Below the pieces are notes generated by a model. That model ran no database searches and was not told the origin of the DNA. It was given only the letters and a program-made list of their open reading frames with translations. This document shows, one piece after another, positions 9,901-24,420 of a DNA stretch of 64,000 bases. The stretch comes from Malacoraja senta (taxonomy: Eukaryota): positions 1 to 64,000 of the forward strand of contig JAXLNO010000548.1 in assembly GCA_038087875.1 (NCBI GenBank), in the 5' to 3' direction. A program made the position numbers and the translations under genes. Numbering within the stretch: the stretch's first letter is position 1; each line of letters begins with the position of its first letter.

Positions 9901-12454
9901 CAAGAGGGAAATCCGGTCAGATCAGGACCCAGTGGTCACAATGTGATGATCAGGCTTCAAGTTGAGATGAAGAGCGATTACTTCTCCCACAGAATGATGA
10001 AGGTGTGGAATGTTATACCACTGGAAGCAGTTGAACACAGATCATTGAATTTATACAAAGAGTTATATGTTATTTGTATGGTCAAAGGATCAGAGAAATA
10101 AAAGGATCAAGGTATAAATTTTAGGTCACAATTGATCACATGGAATAATAGTTGAGGCTCAAATGCCTGAATTCCTATTACTTTTATATTCTGCATTTCA
10201 ACATTTTTGTATTTATCGTGGCCACATTTCCTCTGCATCGAAGAACATGATAACTGGGATGCTTAAAAGGAACCGAGACCCTGGTGCCAATGCCTTTTTG
10301 CAGCTGCATACATTGGTTTGGTGTTCACAAAGCGAGGACAAATCAGAAATAATTTTCTGAACACGCCATCCATTTCTATTTCAATGTGCTTACCCAAGAT
10401 ACAAAAAAAAATACTATATTAATCTATATTAAAAAATGTTTGGATAAAATAAACAAAACACGGTCATCAAATGTCCCTGGGTAAGTCGTCCACCCCCTGC
10501 CCTCCACCCCTTTGAGAAGTGGCTGAAGGGAGATATTAAAATACATAAAGCTTTTAAATGAATCACTATGGTGAAAACATTTCCACCATAAAATCCAGCA
10601 GGGAATTCTACAGAGAATGCTCCCTCTCCTCCCCTCCCACCCAATACAGGTGAGAATGAGGATCCAGATCAATGAATTGCATTTAGGGGAAGGCTGGGCA
10701 AACACAAAAGAGAAAAGAACAGTCGGTTCTACATTGGAGAATCCAGCATAGACTTGCCAACCATGTTGCAGATCGCATAAGGTGGGAAGAGGGTCATGTG
10801 GACTATATGCAGCAGTATTGGCAGGATCGGCAGAGTGGCCTGTTCCTACACACTTGTCTCCACTACAACCTTGTATTACTTTGACTGCCAATTCATTTTT
10901 GATCATTTTGTTCCCATTCATTCTTTAAAAAATACAAAATCAACTTTGACGTAAGATAACTGTGATTGATGCTGTTGCAAATAAATGGAGGCCCTACATT
11001 TTCTTAACAACAATTTAATTTTGCGCCTTGCATATTATATCTTTCATATTGTATCTTGCACATTCCATATATCTTGCCTTTACTTCGCAACATGAAGCCA
11101 CTATAACAACAGGGTGCAATCCAATGTGTTTACTTGGATTTCATGCCAATCTATTTCCAAAAATCTTATACGCAATGGTCTATTCATCAAGCACATTCTA
11201 CAGGCAACTATTATTAGGTGAAATCTCAAGAGCAGAACTTGTACCAAATGAGCCACATAAAATGTACTTGATCTCTGTACCACCAATCACCGTGGAAAAT
11301 TTTATATTCTTATGGATGATAAATTCTCTGCATTAGATTAGAAATGTACAAAGTACAAACAATCAAGACTTTTGACATCATCAAATAACCAAGCGTTATG
11401 TAACAACATTTATTGGTGCTGTGTCTCAGACTAAATGCAGTGTTAAAACAAAATATATTCTATCCAATAATGACTGTAGCTAATGGAATCTGCAACTAAA
11501 AACAGAAGACTGAAAGCATTCAATGGCTCAAGCAAAATTATTGGGACAAATGGTTGATGTCACAAATAGGGTCAAGAACCTGCACCAGGCCTGTGAGGGA
11601 AGAGGATGAGTTGCCAATATATAGCAATCAGGGAGGGATAGGACAGAGGCTGGTAGATCAAACGTAGAACCAGATGGGGAGAGGATAATGGGTAGATGGA
11701 AACAGGTAGGAGAGGAGGAGGAAGAGATGAAGAACAGGAGAATAAACTGTTCAAATGAGTCAGAGGTTCACTTGCACCTCTTTCAACTTTCTCTACTGCA
11801 TTCATTACTCACACTGTGGAGAAACTAGCTTAGATGTCAACCATTTTGTAGAGCACATCCCTTTGAAGTAAAGATCATCCTGAGATCTGTTGTATGGTAT
11901 TTTAATACCCCTTCCCACTCTCACACTGACCCATCTGTCGTTAACCTTGGGCACAGAAGGTTTTAAGTAAAATATATGATAATCCACCTGGGTAACTTAC
12001 AAGCCGATGGTATGAATATAAAGTTTTCACATTTCAGCTTATCCATACCACTGCTGTTCATTTGTTCTCCCACAACCACCCATACACCAACTTTGCTCCA
12101 TCTGCCCATCATCCCCTCCCCAGCTGATTCCACCTGCCACTTACCAGCCTCTGCCCCATTCCTCCTTCAAACTGTTAGAATCTTCCCATCCTCTCCTTCA
12201 ATTCTAATGCAGTGCCTTGCCTTGAAATGTTGGTATATGTCATTTGCCTCCACAGATGCTGTTTGACCAAGTACTTCCACTGGCCTTTCTTTAGTCTAAA
12301 ATTCTTGTTGGAAATAACCACAAAGTCTTACTCTATCTATAATTGAAACCATTTAATTGGTGCTTAGAGAGCTTTCTAAAATCATGAGGGCGATTGATCA
12401 GGATTTATTTTACCCAGGGTAGGGTAATTAAGAACCAGCAAAAACAGGTTTAAG

Positions 12455-13099
12455 CAGTGTTCAATGCTAATTTTTTAGGTGTCGGAGCTGTCAAACAGGG
12501 GCATTTCAGATTTTGCTGGAGAGGGGGGGGGCAAGCTAGTCTCCCTAGAGGGTCAAACAAGATTATAGCCTATTACTACATCCCAGTGTATAGCTAGTAC
12601 ATTAAAACATATAATACTTAATTTAATTATGACAAAATATTGCACGGTTGCACTCACTGATTATCATGAAATATAATTATGAAGCAAGTAAAGAAAAAGA
12701 CAGTTATCATGTATTTTTACAGAGGTGCCGGCAAGACACCGACTCGCCCTGACTATCCCACAGCTCTGGGCCTTCACACACACACACACACACTCTCACC
12801 CTCACACCCATTCACCTACACACACACCCACCCACTCACCCACCCACCAAAGTTCCAGGCTCAGTTCCAGGCCCACAACCACAAACGATGCACACATCAC
12901 ATGGTCTGTCTCTGCTGTATCATAGTGTTCCCCTCCTCCTACAGGGAACCTCAGTAGTGATGGATCTTCCCCATACCCCTCTTTTAATCAGGTTACCCCG
13001 ACCACATATCCGCTAGTTAAAATTCCACCCTGTTTATTTTTTCTTTAACAGAGGTGCCGGATCGGTGCTCAGGTGAGCTCCGGCAGCACTGCACCCCTG
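12455..13099. mobile_element. Non-autonomous hAT-type element inserted in a CR1 3' fragment
   Basis: Termini cagtgttcaatgct / agcactgcacccctg; perfect 8-bp TSD ggtttaag at 12447-12454 and 13100-13107. Confidence 0.75.
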
Positions 13100-14257
13100 G
13101 GTTTAAGGTGAGGAGGAAGATTTAGTAGGAACCTGAGAGGCAACCTTTTCTACTAAGAGGTTACTGGGTGTATGGAATGAGCTGCCAGCGAAGGCAGAAT
13201 AACAACATTGAAAAGACACTTGGACAGGTACATGGATAGAACATGTTGAGAGGAAAGTGGGCCAAACGCTGGCAAATGTGACTAACCTAGATGTAGCATC
13301 TTGTTCAGCTTGGAGCATTAGGCTGAACTACCTGCTTCCATGCTATATGGCTCTATGACTCTTTGTTAGATGAACATAAACATGGCAAATGGAGTTTAAT
13401 GATGGAAAATATGTGCTCACACACTCTGGTAAGAGCAATTCAAAGAAGCTATTATCTAAATGGAGTGAGATAGCAAATGAGTGGAGTACAAGAGATTCAA
13501 GTGCTTAAAGTGCAAAACAAAAAGCCAGCAGGTAGATGCAGCACGCAACGCAGAAGGTGAGTAGCATATTGGCGTTCAAAGTAGGTTACTATTGTAATTA
13601 TGGTACATGATGTTGCTAAGGACAAACCAGGAGCACTGTGCGCAGCTTGGTCCTCAAATTTAAGAAAGGATATATTAATATTTGATATCAGCTAGAAGAG
13701 ATTTCTGGAATAAGCAAGTGTTGCCTAACCATGAATGGCTGAAATCACTGGTTCTGTGTCCCTTGGAGATGACAAGAAACAGAGTTAACCTTATGAATGT
13801 ATTAAAGAGGCATGATGTGGTGGTGAATTGATGGATAATGCGTGGATATATTCTAAAAGAACAGGGAATTGTGTCTTATGTGGAATAAGCACAGTAAAGG
13901 AGTTGAGGCCTCAGTTATATCAGCTGTTATCAACATAAATTGCTAGATAGCTCTAATTTGTACAAATGCAGGGCAGACTATTGAGAATTTCTGTCATGTT
14001 TGATAAACTTAATTTAACTTTTTCCATTTATTTCAGTTCCTGCATTTTAATCACATCCATGAAATCTTCTACTCAGCGATTGGTTAGCAGTGCACGTTCT
14101 GCTTTGGTTGAATATTTTGATAATCTGAGGAGGGAAATTAAATATTAGACAACAAAGAAATGGCATAGCAGAGAACAGAACTCAGAAAGATGCAACTAGT
14201 TTATTCGCTTTAACTGTTGATTCATCCCACATAACATCTTCCTTCCAGATATAGAGG

Positions 14258-14505
14258 CACAGCGCCAGACACCTGGGTTTGATCCTGACCACGGGTGATG
14301 TCTGTATGGAATTTGTACCTTCTCCCTGTGACTGCATAGGTTTTCTCCAGGTGCTCCAGTTTCCTCCCACATTCCAAAGACAGATGTGCAGGTTTGTAGG
14401 TTAATTGACTTGTGTTCCTAGCTTATGTGGGTGATCATTGGTTGGTGCGGACTCAGTGGGGCCGAAGTGTCTGTTTCAATGCTCTCTCTCTAAACTAAAC
14501 AAAAA
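14258..14505 (+). mobile_element. V-SINE
   Basis: Same body as 233-560, with (ctaaa)n tail. Confidence 0.7.
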
Positions 14506-15644
14506 ACTCAATACTCCTTCAAATAGTTTCGTTCACACAAGTTCTATGTTATCTAACTTTCGCTTCCACACTAGGGTCAAATTACAGAGACCAATTAACC
14601 CATAAACCTGGCATCTTTAGTATGTGTGTGAAAACTGGAGGACAGTGGAAACCCATGCGGTCATAGGGAATACATGCAAACTTCACACAGCAGACAACCG
14701 AGGTTATGATTGAACTGACGTCTATGACGCACTGAGGCAGCAGCTCTATGAGCAGCGCCACTCTGCCTCAGGTTGCGTCATGTTCAGCACAAACGTTGTT
14801 GGACAAAGGACCTGTTCCTCTATTACAGGGGCATTCCCATTCATCGTAAAATTCAGCGAACTCAGCACCATTGGGTCACTGGAAATATTCCCTGCCTGAC
14901 CATCAGATCCCTCCAGATGAGTCGGACAGACACCAGTTAGGCAGCATCTGCCTGCAAATGATTCATGTCCCTCAAACCCCTGCATCTCCATGCACCCACG
15001 AAGGTGCACGCCAGACGCCACCATCCCTGGCAGTGCTTTCCAGGCACACACTGTCCTTCCTGTATATATTGTCCTTCGTACGATATTGTCTGTATTATTT
15101 ATTATTTATTGTGGTGTATGTGGTGGATGTATTGTACTGAATTGTATTTGTCTGAGAGCGAACCAAGACACATTCCTATCAACTTGTTGACATGGCAATA
15201 AACTTCTTGAACTTGAACTTGAACACACCACATAGTATGTAATTAAAACTTGCCCTTTTAAAAAACTGCAGCTTCTACCCTGCACTGAATATAATGCAAT
15301 AAGTTAAATGCCATAGTAGGCATTTAGTTAATTGGGATAATTTTAGTCAATTTGGAGGTGTGATTGCAAATCTTGTACAATATCATAAACCAAGTAAAAT
15401 GTGACAAAGTCAAAATGGCCAGGCACAAAGAACAGAATAATCATGAACATCAATAACATGTCAATAACTAGACTCTCCTTGTGTAAGGCAGCATGCTGTA
15501 AGGTTGCAAACTCGTTTGCTCCCTTAACTTTTAACTTCCACTGACCACTCTTTCAATGTTACTGGTGACTATTTGACTTCAAGACACCGTCTAACTGTTC
15601 ATAAAGTGTTGATAACACTTTTACACGCCTTAATCGTGAAAAGG

Positions 15645-15845
15645 ATGGAGACAAGAAGGAAAGGAGGATCCCCAAAGAAGGAACTGGGGAAAAGCCACAA
15701 CCACAGCTGCAGCTTCTGATTCCAGCATCATAGAAGCAATATCGAAAATGAACGATGAATTGAAAAATGAGCTGAAAAATGAAATGAAAACAAGATTTGG
15801 CAGTTTGGAAGAAATGGTGAAAGGAGTTTCGACCAAATTAGAAAC
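15645..15845 (+). pseudogene. N-terminus of L1/Tx1 ORF1, separated from the rest by a CR1 insertion
   Basis: ATG at 15645; coiled-coil ...ISKMNDELKNELKNEMKTRFGSLEEMVKGVSTKLE joins in sequence to 'actttgaaggaagtcc' at 18405. Confidence 0.65.
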
Positions 15846-18407
15846 ATAGAAACATAGAAAATAGGTGCAGGAGTAGGCTATTCGGCCCTTCGAGCCTGCA
15901 CCGCCATTCAATATGATCATGGCTGATCATCCAACTCAGTATCCTGTACCTGCCTTCTCTCCATACCGCCTGATCCCTTTAGCCACAAGGGCCACATCTA
16001 ACTCCCTCTTAAATATAGCCAATGAACTGGCCTCAACTACCTTCTGTGGCAGAGAGTTCCAGAGATTCACCACTCTCTGTGTGAAAAAAAAATTCTCATC
16101 TCGGTCCTAAAGGATTTCCCCTTAATCCTTAAACTGTGACCCCTTGTCCTGGACTTCCCCAACATTGGGAACAATCTTCCTGCATCTAGCCTGTCCAACC
16201 CCTTAAGAATTTTGTACGTTTCTATAAGATCCCCCCTCAATCTTCTAAATTCTAGCGAGTACAAACCGAGTCTATCCAGTCTTTCTTCATATGAAAGTCC
16301 TGACATCCCAGGAATCAGTCTGGTGAACCTTCTCTGTACTCCCTCTATGGCAAGAATGTATTTCCTCAGATTAGGAGACCAAAACTGTACGCAATACTCC
16401 AGGTGTGGTCTCACCAAGACCCGGTACAACTGCAGTAGAACCTCCCTGCTCCTATACTCAAATCCTTTTGCTATGAATGCTAACATACCATTCGCCTTCT
16501 TCACTGCCTGCTGCACCTGTATGCCTACTTTTAATGACTGGTGTACCATGACACCCAGGTCTCGTTGCATCTCCCCTTTTCCTAATCAGCCACCATTCTG
16601 ATAATAGTCTACTTTCCTGTTTTTGCCGCCAAAGTGGACAACCTCACATTTATTCACATTATACTGCATCTGCCATGCATTTTCCCACTCAACCAGCCTA
16701 TCCAAGTCACCTTGCAGCCTCCGAGCATCCTCCTCACAGCTAACACTGCCCCCCAGCGATGTGTCATCCGCAAACTTGGAGATGTTGCATTCAATTCCCT
16801 CGTCCAAATCATTAATATATATCGTAAATAGCTGGGGTCCCAGCACTGAGCCATAGCGGTACCCCACTAATCACTGCCTGCCATTGTGTAAAGGACCCGT
16901 TTACTCCTACGCTTTGCTTCCTGTATGCCAGCCAGTTCTCTATCCACATCAATACTGAACCCCCAATACCGTGTGCTTTAAGTTTGTATACTAATCTCTT
17001 ATGTGGGACCTAGTCGAAAGCCTTCTGAAAGTCCAGATATAACACATCCACTCGTTCTCCCTTATCCACTCTACTAGTTACATCCTCGAAAAATTCTATA
17101 AGATTCGTCAGACATGATTTACCTTTCATAAATCCATGCTGACTTTGTCCAATGATTTCACCACTTTCCAAATGTGCTGCTATCCCATCTTTAATAACTG
17201 ATTCTAGCAGTTTCCCCACTACCGACGTTAGACTAACTGGTCTGTAATTCCCCGTTTTCTCTCTCCCTCCCTATTTAAAAAGTGGGGTTACATTAGCTAC
17301 CCTCCAATCCTCAGGAACTACTCCAGAATCTAAAGAGTTTTGAAAAATTATCACTAATGCATTCACTATTTCTGGGGCTACTTCCTTAAGTACTCTGGGA
17401 TGCAGCCTATCTGGCCCTGGGGATTTATCGGCCTTTAATCCATTCAATTTACCTAACACCACTTCCCGGCTAACCTGGATTTCACTCAGTTCCTCCATCT
17501 CATTTGACCCCCAGTCCCCTGCTATTTCCGGCAGATTATTTATGTCTTCCTTATTGAAGACAGAACCAAAGTTGTTATTCAATTGGTCTGCCATGTCCTT
17601 GTTCCCCATGATCAATTCACCTGTTTCTGACTGCAAGGGACCTACATTTGTTTTAACTAATCTTTTTCTCTTCACATATCTATAAAAGCTTTTGCAGTCA
17701 GTTTTTATGTTCCCTGCCAGTTTTCTTTCATAATCTATTTTCGCTTTCCTAATTAAGCCCTTTGTCCTCCTCTGCCGGACTCTGAATTTCTCCCAGTCCT
17801 CTGGTAGGCTGCTTTTTCTGGCTAATTTGTACGCTTCATCTTTTGTTTTGATACTATCCCTGATTTCCCTTGTTATCCACGGATGCACTACCTTCCCTGA
17901 TTTATTTTTTTGCCAAACTGGGATGAACAATTGTTGTAGTTCATCCATGCAGTCTTTAAATGCCTTCCATTGCATATCTACCGTCAACCCATTAATAATC
18001 AATTGCCAGTCTATCTTGGCCAATTCACTTCTCATACCCTCAAAGTTACCTTTCTTTAAGTTCAGGACCTTTGTTTCTGAATTAACAATGTCACTCTCCA
18101 TCCTAATGAAGAACTCAACCATATTATGGTCACTCTTGCCCAAGGGGCCACGCACAACAAGACTGCTAATTATCCCTTCCTCATTACTCAATACCCAATC
18201 TAGAATAGCCTGCTCTCTCGTTGGTTCCTCTACATGTTGGTTTAGAAAACTATCCCGCATACATTCCAAGAAATCCTCTTCCTCAGCACCCCTGCCAATT
18301 TGATTCACCCAATCTATATGTAGATTGAAGTCACCCATTATAACTGTTTTACCTTTGTTGCACGCATTTCTAATTTCCTGTTTGATGCCATCCCCAACTC
18401 CACTACT
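15846..18407 (-). mobile_element. 5'-truncated, disabled CR1 LINE
   Basis: APE C-terminus and RT split over ORFs 17271-18422, 17010-17219, 16586-16867, 16067-16570; (ctatgttt)n tail at 15840-15860. Confidence 0.92.
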
Positions 18408-21400
18408 TTGAAGGAAGTCCAAGGAAAACTCTTTGTTACAAGATGAACTTCGTGAACAAAAGGATCAAATTGATATCTTGCGCACCCTCGGACAGGAGAG
18501 AGATTTGAAGATTGAAAAATTGGAACGGAGAATGAATGAAAACACTTCAGCAATACAAGTCTAAAAATATGGACTTAGAAAACAGAAGCCGTCATTTGAA
18601 TTTACGAATTGTTGGTTTGCTGGAAGGCCAAGAAGGAAATAACGTTATAAAATATGCTTCTAAAATGATAAAGGAAACATTCAACATTGAGCACAATGAA
18701 AACCTTCCGTTCATGGATAAGGCACACAGGATTGGGAAGAAATCCGGTAATAAACCGAGACACTTGATCATTCGGTTTCATTTTTTTCAAATGAAGAAGA
18801 ATATTCTCCAGGCAACAAAAAAGTTGGGTGTGGTTGAATATGAAGGATATAAGTTTCGGGTTGTACCTGATTATAGTTACGAGCTTTTGGAAATAAGAAA
18901 GACTTTTTATAATGTAATGTCTGATTTGTATAAGAAAAAACTGCGCCCAGCTCTATTATTTCCAGCTAGATTGCGTATTCGGCTTTTCAATGGTAACTTT
19001 CGATTTTTTAACAGTCCTCAAGACGCCTCCAGCTGCGTCTGAAGAGCTACGACGAGGAAGGGGAGTAATTGATAGCTGATTAAGTTATAATTGGAGATTT
19101 ACTGTTCCTATTTTGACAACATTTCGTTTGGTAATGATTAAGAATTTAACTGGACGAGTTGTTTTTCTTTTATATATATTCTTTTAAGAATTTCTTTGTT
19201 AATTCGTGTTCCCCTGTCGTTAGACAAACTAAGAGAACGCAGTTCTTGTTTTTCATATTTTGACCTTGGATAATAAAAAGCAGCATTCCATGCCAGTCTG
19301 TATTTTTTTTCCTTCTCTCTCAAAGAGATAATAACAAATGTGTTATGACGTAGTGGTTAAATATTATTCATTTTATGCTGAGCGCTGTTACTGGGAGAGA
19401 TGGGATTGGGGAGGGGATTAGGTAGTTTGCTGACTGTCTTTTGGTCAGTTTGGGGTTCTACAGGGGTGGGAGGGGGGAGGGGGGAGGGGTCTTTTGTTCC
19501 CTATTTTGTGATCTCCATTTGTGCAAATTCTGAACTACAAAATTGGCTGAAATGTCGTCACTTCCGGCTCCACCCTAGATTTTTCTTCTTCCAGTATTAT
19601 GAACTTTTAGGCTTCAAGAAATTAACCCATTACATCCCACATGATTTTTTACAAGCAATATGGATAAAGTTACTCATTTCCTTTCATGGAATGTGAATGG
19701 CTTGAACCATCCCATTAAGAGGACATTTATTTTTAAAGTTCTTCACGGACTAATTGCTCAGATTATCTTTGTTCAGGAAACTCATGTAAGGCAAGATGAC
19801 AAGTCACGATTTTTCAAGTTTTGGAGAGGACAGCAGTTTCATTCAAATTCACAGGCTAAGGTGAAAGGAGTCTCTATTTTTATTGACTCCTCAATTCCGT
19901 TTGTTCACCATGAAACAATTTCTGATCCATATGGCAGATTCTTGGTGATTACCAGTGTCCTTTATAGGCAAAATGTCATATGGTGAATGTCTATGCACCA
20001 AATATTGATCACCCTGAGTTTTTTAAACAGTTAATTGCATCCTTTCCTAATTTAAATGAACACTTTTTAATAATGGGTGGAGACTTCAATTGTTGTTTGA
20101 ATCCCTCGATTGATAGGTTTACATCTGATCATGTGCTTCCAAATAAATCAGCTAATTTTATTAATTCTTTTTTACTTGACTCGGGAATGTTAGAAATTTG
20201 GAGATTCTTACACGCAAATGACAAAGAATTTTCATTTTTCTCTCATGTATATCATAGTTATTCTAGAATCGACTATTTTATACTAGATTCTCGGCTAGTT
20301 CCATCGGTCATTGCATGTGAGTATGATGCAATTGCTATTTCTGATCATGCACCAGTGAAACTATTGATCAAACTACCTGATTCCAAGTTTAGTGCTAAAC
20401 AATGGCGATTTAATGCTACTTTGCTTCAAGACTTAAACTTTATTAAGTTTATGAAAGATCAGATTGCTTTTTACTTCTTGACAAACTCTAATGAAGAGAT
20501 ATCCAATGGTATAGTTTGGGATGCTTTTAAGGCATATATTCGTGGACAAATTATTTCATACTCCGCGGGATTAAAAAAACAAACACAAAAAGAAATACGC
20601 ACATTGGCTGACGAGATTAAAGAAATTGATACAAAATATTCAAAAGCTCCTAGTTTAGAGCTCTATAAGAATAGAGTTGAACTTCAATTGAGATATGATT
20701 TGTTATTAGTATCACCGATTGAGAACCAGTTACTTAAAACCAAAAGTCAATTTTATATAAATGGCGAAAAATCTGGTAAATTACTTGCTAATCAATTGAA
20801 GCAGTGTTGGCCAAGCGTCAGATTACTAAAGTGTGTAAACGGGATGGTACAGTAACTGTAGACCATGACGAAATTAATAAATCCTTTCAGGAGTTTTATA
20901 CCTCCCTATACCAATCAGATTTTCCTACTGATTCCAATATAATGCATGAGTTTTTAAAGAAACTGAACTTACCAAATTTACCATACAATGAGTCTCTGTT
21001 GTTAGATGAACCCATCACGGAAGAAGAAATACAGAAAGCAATTTTTTCAATGAATTCTGGTAAAGCTCCCGGTTTAGATGGGTTTACAGTAGAATTTTTA
21101 AAGCATTTCTCAAATTTATTGTCTCCATGGCTATGCAAGGTATTTAAAGAAGCCTTTTTAAGGAATAGATTACCACAATCTTTTTATGAAGCTTCTATTT
21201 CTTTAATTTAAAAAAAAGATAAAGCCCCTACTGAAGTGACATCATATAGACCTATATCACTGTTAAAAGTAGATTTTAAAATTCTTTCCAAAATATTAGC
21301 TATGAGATTGGAAAAGATTTTACTGCAAATTATCTCTGAAGATCAGACAGGTTTTATTAAAAATCGTTACTCATTCTTTAATGTTAGGAGATTAATAAAT

Positions 21401-23888
21401 ATTGTATATACAGCGTCTAATAAAACCCCAGAAAGTGTCATCTCACTTGATGCCGAGAAGGCTATTGATAGAGTAGAATGGAATACTTATTCAATATACT
21501 TGAAAAAGTTAAGATTGGTCCAAAATTTATCTCTTGGATCAAACTGCTATATCTTATACCTCAGGCTTCTGTATTTACTGATAATCAGAGATCCCCCTTT
21601 TTCAGGCTCTTTCAAGGTACGAGACAGGGCTGTCCCTTAAGTCCTTTACTATTTGATATTGCTTTGGAAACCTTAGCCACTGCTATTAGGGAATCCCCTA
21701 ATATTTTTGGTATTGTCCGCGGGAATAAGACACATAAGCTATCTCTTTATGCAGATGATCTGTTATTATTTATTTCTAACCCTGAGAAATCTATTCCGGC
21801 AATAGTAGCATTACTTAATCAATTCAGTAGTTTTTCTGGTTATAAACTAAATCTTAGTAAGAGTGAGCTTTCCCATTATATAATTTTGTTTCGAGTTATG
21901 GACAGTTTCCATTTAGATTGACTACCGAAAGTTTTACTTATTTAGGTATTAAGATCACCAAGAAACACAAGGATTTATTTAAAGCTAATTTTATTCCTTT
22001 AATTGACCATATTAAACATCAGTTCACTAAATGGTCACCAATGTCCTTATCCTTAATTGGCCGAATCAATACTATTAAAATGTTCATTTTACCTAAATTT
22101 CTGTATTTATTTCAGACGATACCAATTTTTATTGCCAAATCTTTCTTTGATATTATAGATCTAAAATTTCTTCATATATATGGCAGAATAAAAATGCCAG
22201 ACTAGGTAAAAAATACCTACAGAAATCAAAAAAAGTTGGTGGTTTGGCATTGCCGAACCGTAGACTATACTATTGGTCAGTCAATGTTCGTTATTTAACA
22301 TTTTGGACAAAAGATTTAGAAGATACCCAATGCCCTGGATGGATAAACCTAGAACGTGATTCCTTACAAGGGCTATAATTGGCTTCTATTCTAGGGACCT
22401 CGTTACCTTTTACAATTACGAGATTGAATAAATATATGACGAACCCAATAATAAGACATACGTTCCGAATACGGTTTCAATTTCATAAGTTTTTTGGACT
22501 ATCTGATGTTATCCAAATTTCTCTTCCAACCATCTAGTACTGATCAAGTTTTTTTGTTATGGAAGAGGAAGGGATTAGTAGCTTTTCGTGATTTGTTTTT
22601 GGAGGGTTGTTTTATGTCTTTCGAACAACTCTCCAATAAATATAACTTACCTAATTCACACTTTTTTAGATATTTACAAATTAGACAAAAGGAACTACCT
22701 CTTTTTCCGCTACCACATCAACCCGAAATTTTGGATTTTTTTTTACAGTTGAACCCTTATCAGAAAGGATTAATAACGACTATTCATGAGTTGATTTTAA
22801 AATTACAAATAGATACATTTGATAAAATTAAGAATGACTGGGAAAGAGAACTCCAAATTTCTTTATCTATAGAGAAATGGGAGAGGATCCTTCAATTAGT
22901 TAATACCTCTTCAATGTGTGCAAGACACACTTTGATACAATTGAAGGTGGTTCACAGAGCTCATATGTCAAAAGATAAGTTAGCTCGTTTTTATGGTCAT
23001 ATAAATCCTACCTGTGACAGATGTAACTCTGAAGTGGCATCACTGACCCATATGTTTTGGTCCTGCCCTCTTTTGGAAAAATATTGGAAATAAATTTTTG
23101 ATACTATTTCGGTAGTCTTAGGTATAGATTTACAACCTCATCCTATTACTGCAATTTTTGGGTTACCAATGTTAGATTCTATTCATTTGTCCCACTCCAC
23201 CCATCGGTTGATTGCTTTTACCACATTAATTGCCAGAAGATTTATTTTCATTAAATGGAAAGATTCCAACCCTCCGACCACACTCCAGTGGTATTCTGAA
23301 ACGATATCATGTTTAAATTTAGAAAAAATCAGGTGACATTGTTGAACCCTTGGTTAAATTTGATAAGACTTGGGGAAAATTTATTGAACACTTTCATACA
23401 ACATAAATTGTTCCCTCTTTAACCGTTATAAAAATTACTTTACCTTCATAGAGTGGAACGGACTTGACGACAAACAGACTTAAATTGTTGAATTTCTCAG
23501 TTCAGATTCGGGTTTGCTCTGTTTTGTTTTTATTTATTTATTTTATTTTTATTCTTATTTTATTATTATCCAATTTTTTAAATTTTTTTTTAGTTTAGGG
23601 GGGTTTTGTTTTTTGTTTTTCTTTTTGTCTTTTTATCTTTGCTTTTTTTTTACATTTATGTTTCCTTTTAAAGATTTAACTATATTTACATAGAGATGGA
23701 GAGGTCTATATTCATTGGGTATTTTGACACTGGTCTCATATTAGTTTATACCTGTTATTAATGTAATCCTGATCCCTATGTATCAATACCATTGTTATGT
23801 TTATCATTATTCTTTTTGCTCTGTTTTTTATGTTTTATTTTTGTTTTTGTTTTTTGGAAAAAAAACAATAAAAAGATTTTAAAAGAAA
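18405..23888 (+). mobile_element. Near full-length, multiply frameshifted L1/Tx1-type LINE
   Basis: ORF1 (ENRSRHLNLRIVGL, HRIG, PRHLIIRF) to 19042; ORF2 from 19660 (SWNVNGLN APE; SLDAEKA; GTRQGCPLSP; YADD; CDRC..LTHMFWSCP zinc knuckle); T-rich 3' UTR and A-rich tail. Confidence 0.9.
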
Positions 23889-24420
23889 GGTACTGAATAA
23901 AAAAGTTGGGATGTTCTGCTACAGTTGTACAAGATGTTGGTGAGGTCACATTTGGAGTATTGTGTTAAGTTTTGGTCACTCCACTATCGGAAGGATGTCA
24001 TTAACAGGGCCTGTGATTCAGGGAGAGGATGAGAATGCTTGGACTTTAGTCCTTGGCACGCAAGAGGCTGAGGGGTGATCTTATAGAAATTTATAAAATC
24101 AAGGAGCATAGTTAGATTGAATGCACAGAATCTTTTAACCAGCCTTATGTAATCAAGAACCAGAGGACTTAGGTTTAAGGTGAGAAGGAAACGAGTTACT
24201 TGGAACCAGAGGAAGTGGAAATATGGAAGAACATTCCAGGGGAAGGAGTTGAGGCAGGTATTAAAAAACATTTTAGAACACACTTGGACAGGTACATACT
24301 GTAGATAGGAAAGGTTCAGTGAGATATGGGTCAATTGCAGGAAAGTAGTAGTTCAAACATGGCATCTTGGTTGACATGGCCAAGTTGAGGCAATGGGCCC
24401 ATTTCCATGCCGTATGACTC
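23889..24420 (+). mobile_element. Degenerate CR1 3' fragment
   Basis: 'gatgttctgctacagttgtacaagatgttggtgaggtcacatttggagtattgtg' (VLLQLYKMLVRSHLEYC). Confidence 0.75.

Noticed and set aside
10424-10921. 165-aa minus-strand ORF
   Set aside because: No domain similarity; composition consistent with a chance ORF in non-coding DNA
19042-19660. Long spacer between L1 ORF1 and ORF2 as an extra gene
   Set aside because: Only short low-complexity ORFs; inter-ORF spacers are common in non-mammalian L1/Tx1 elements
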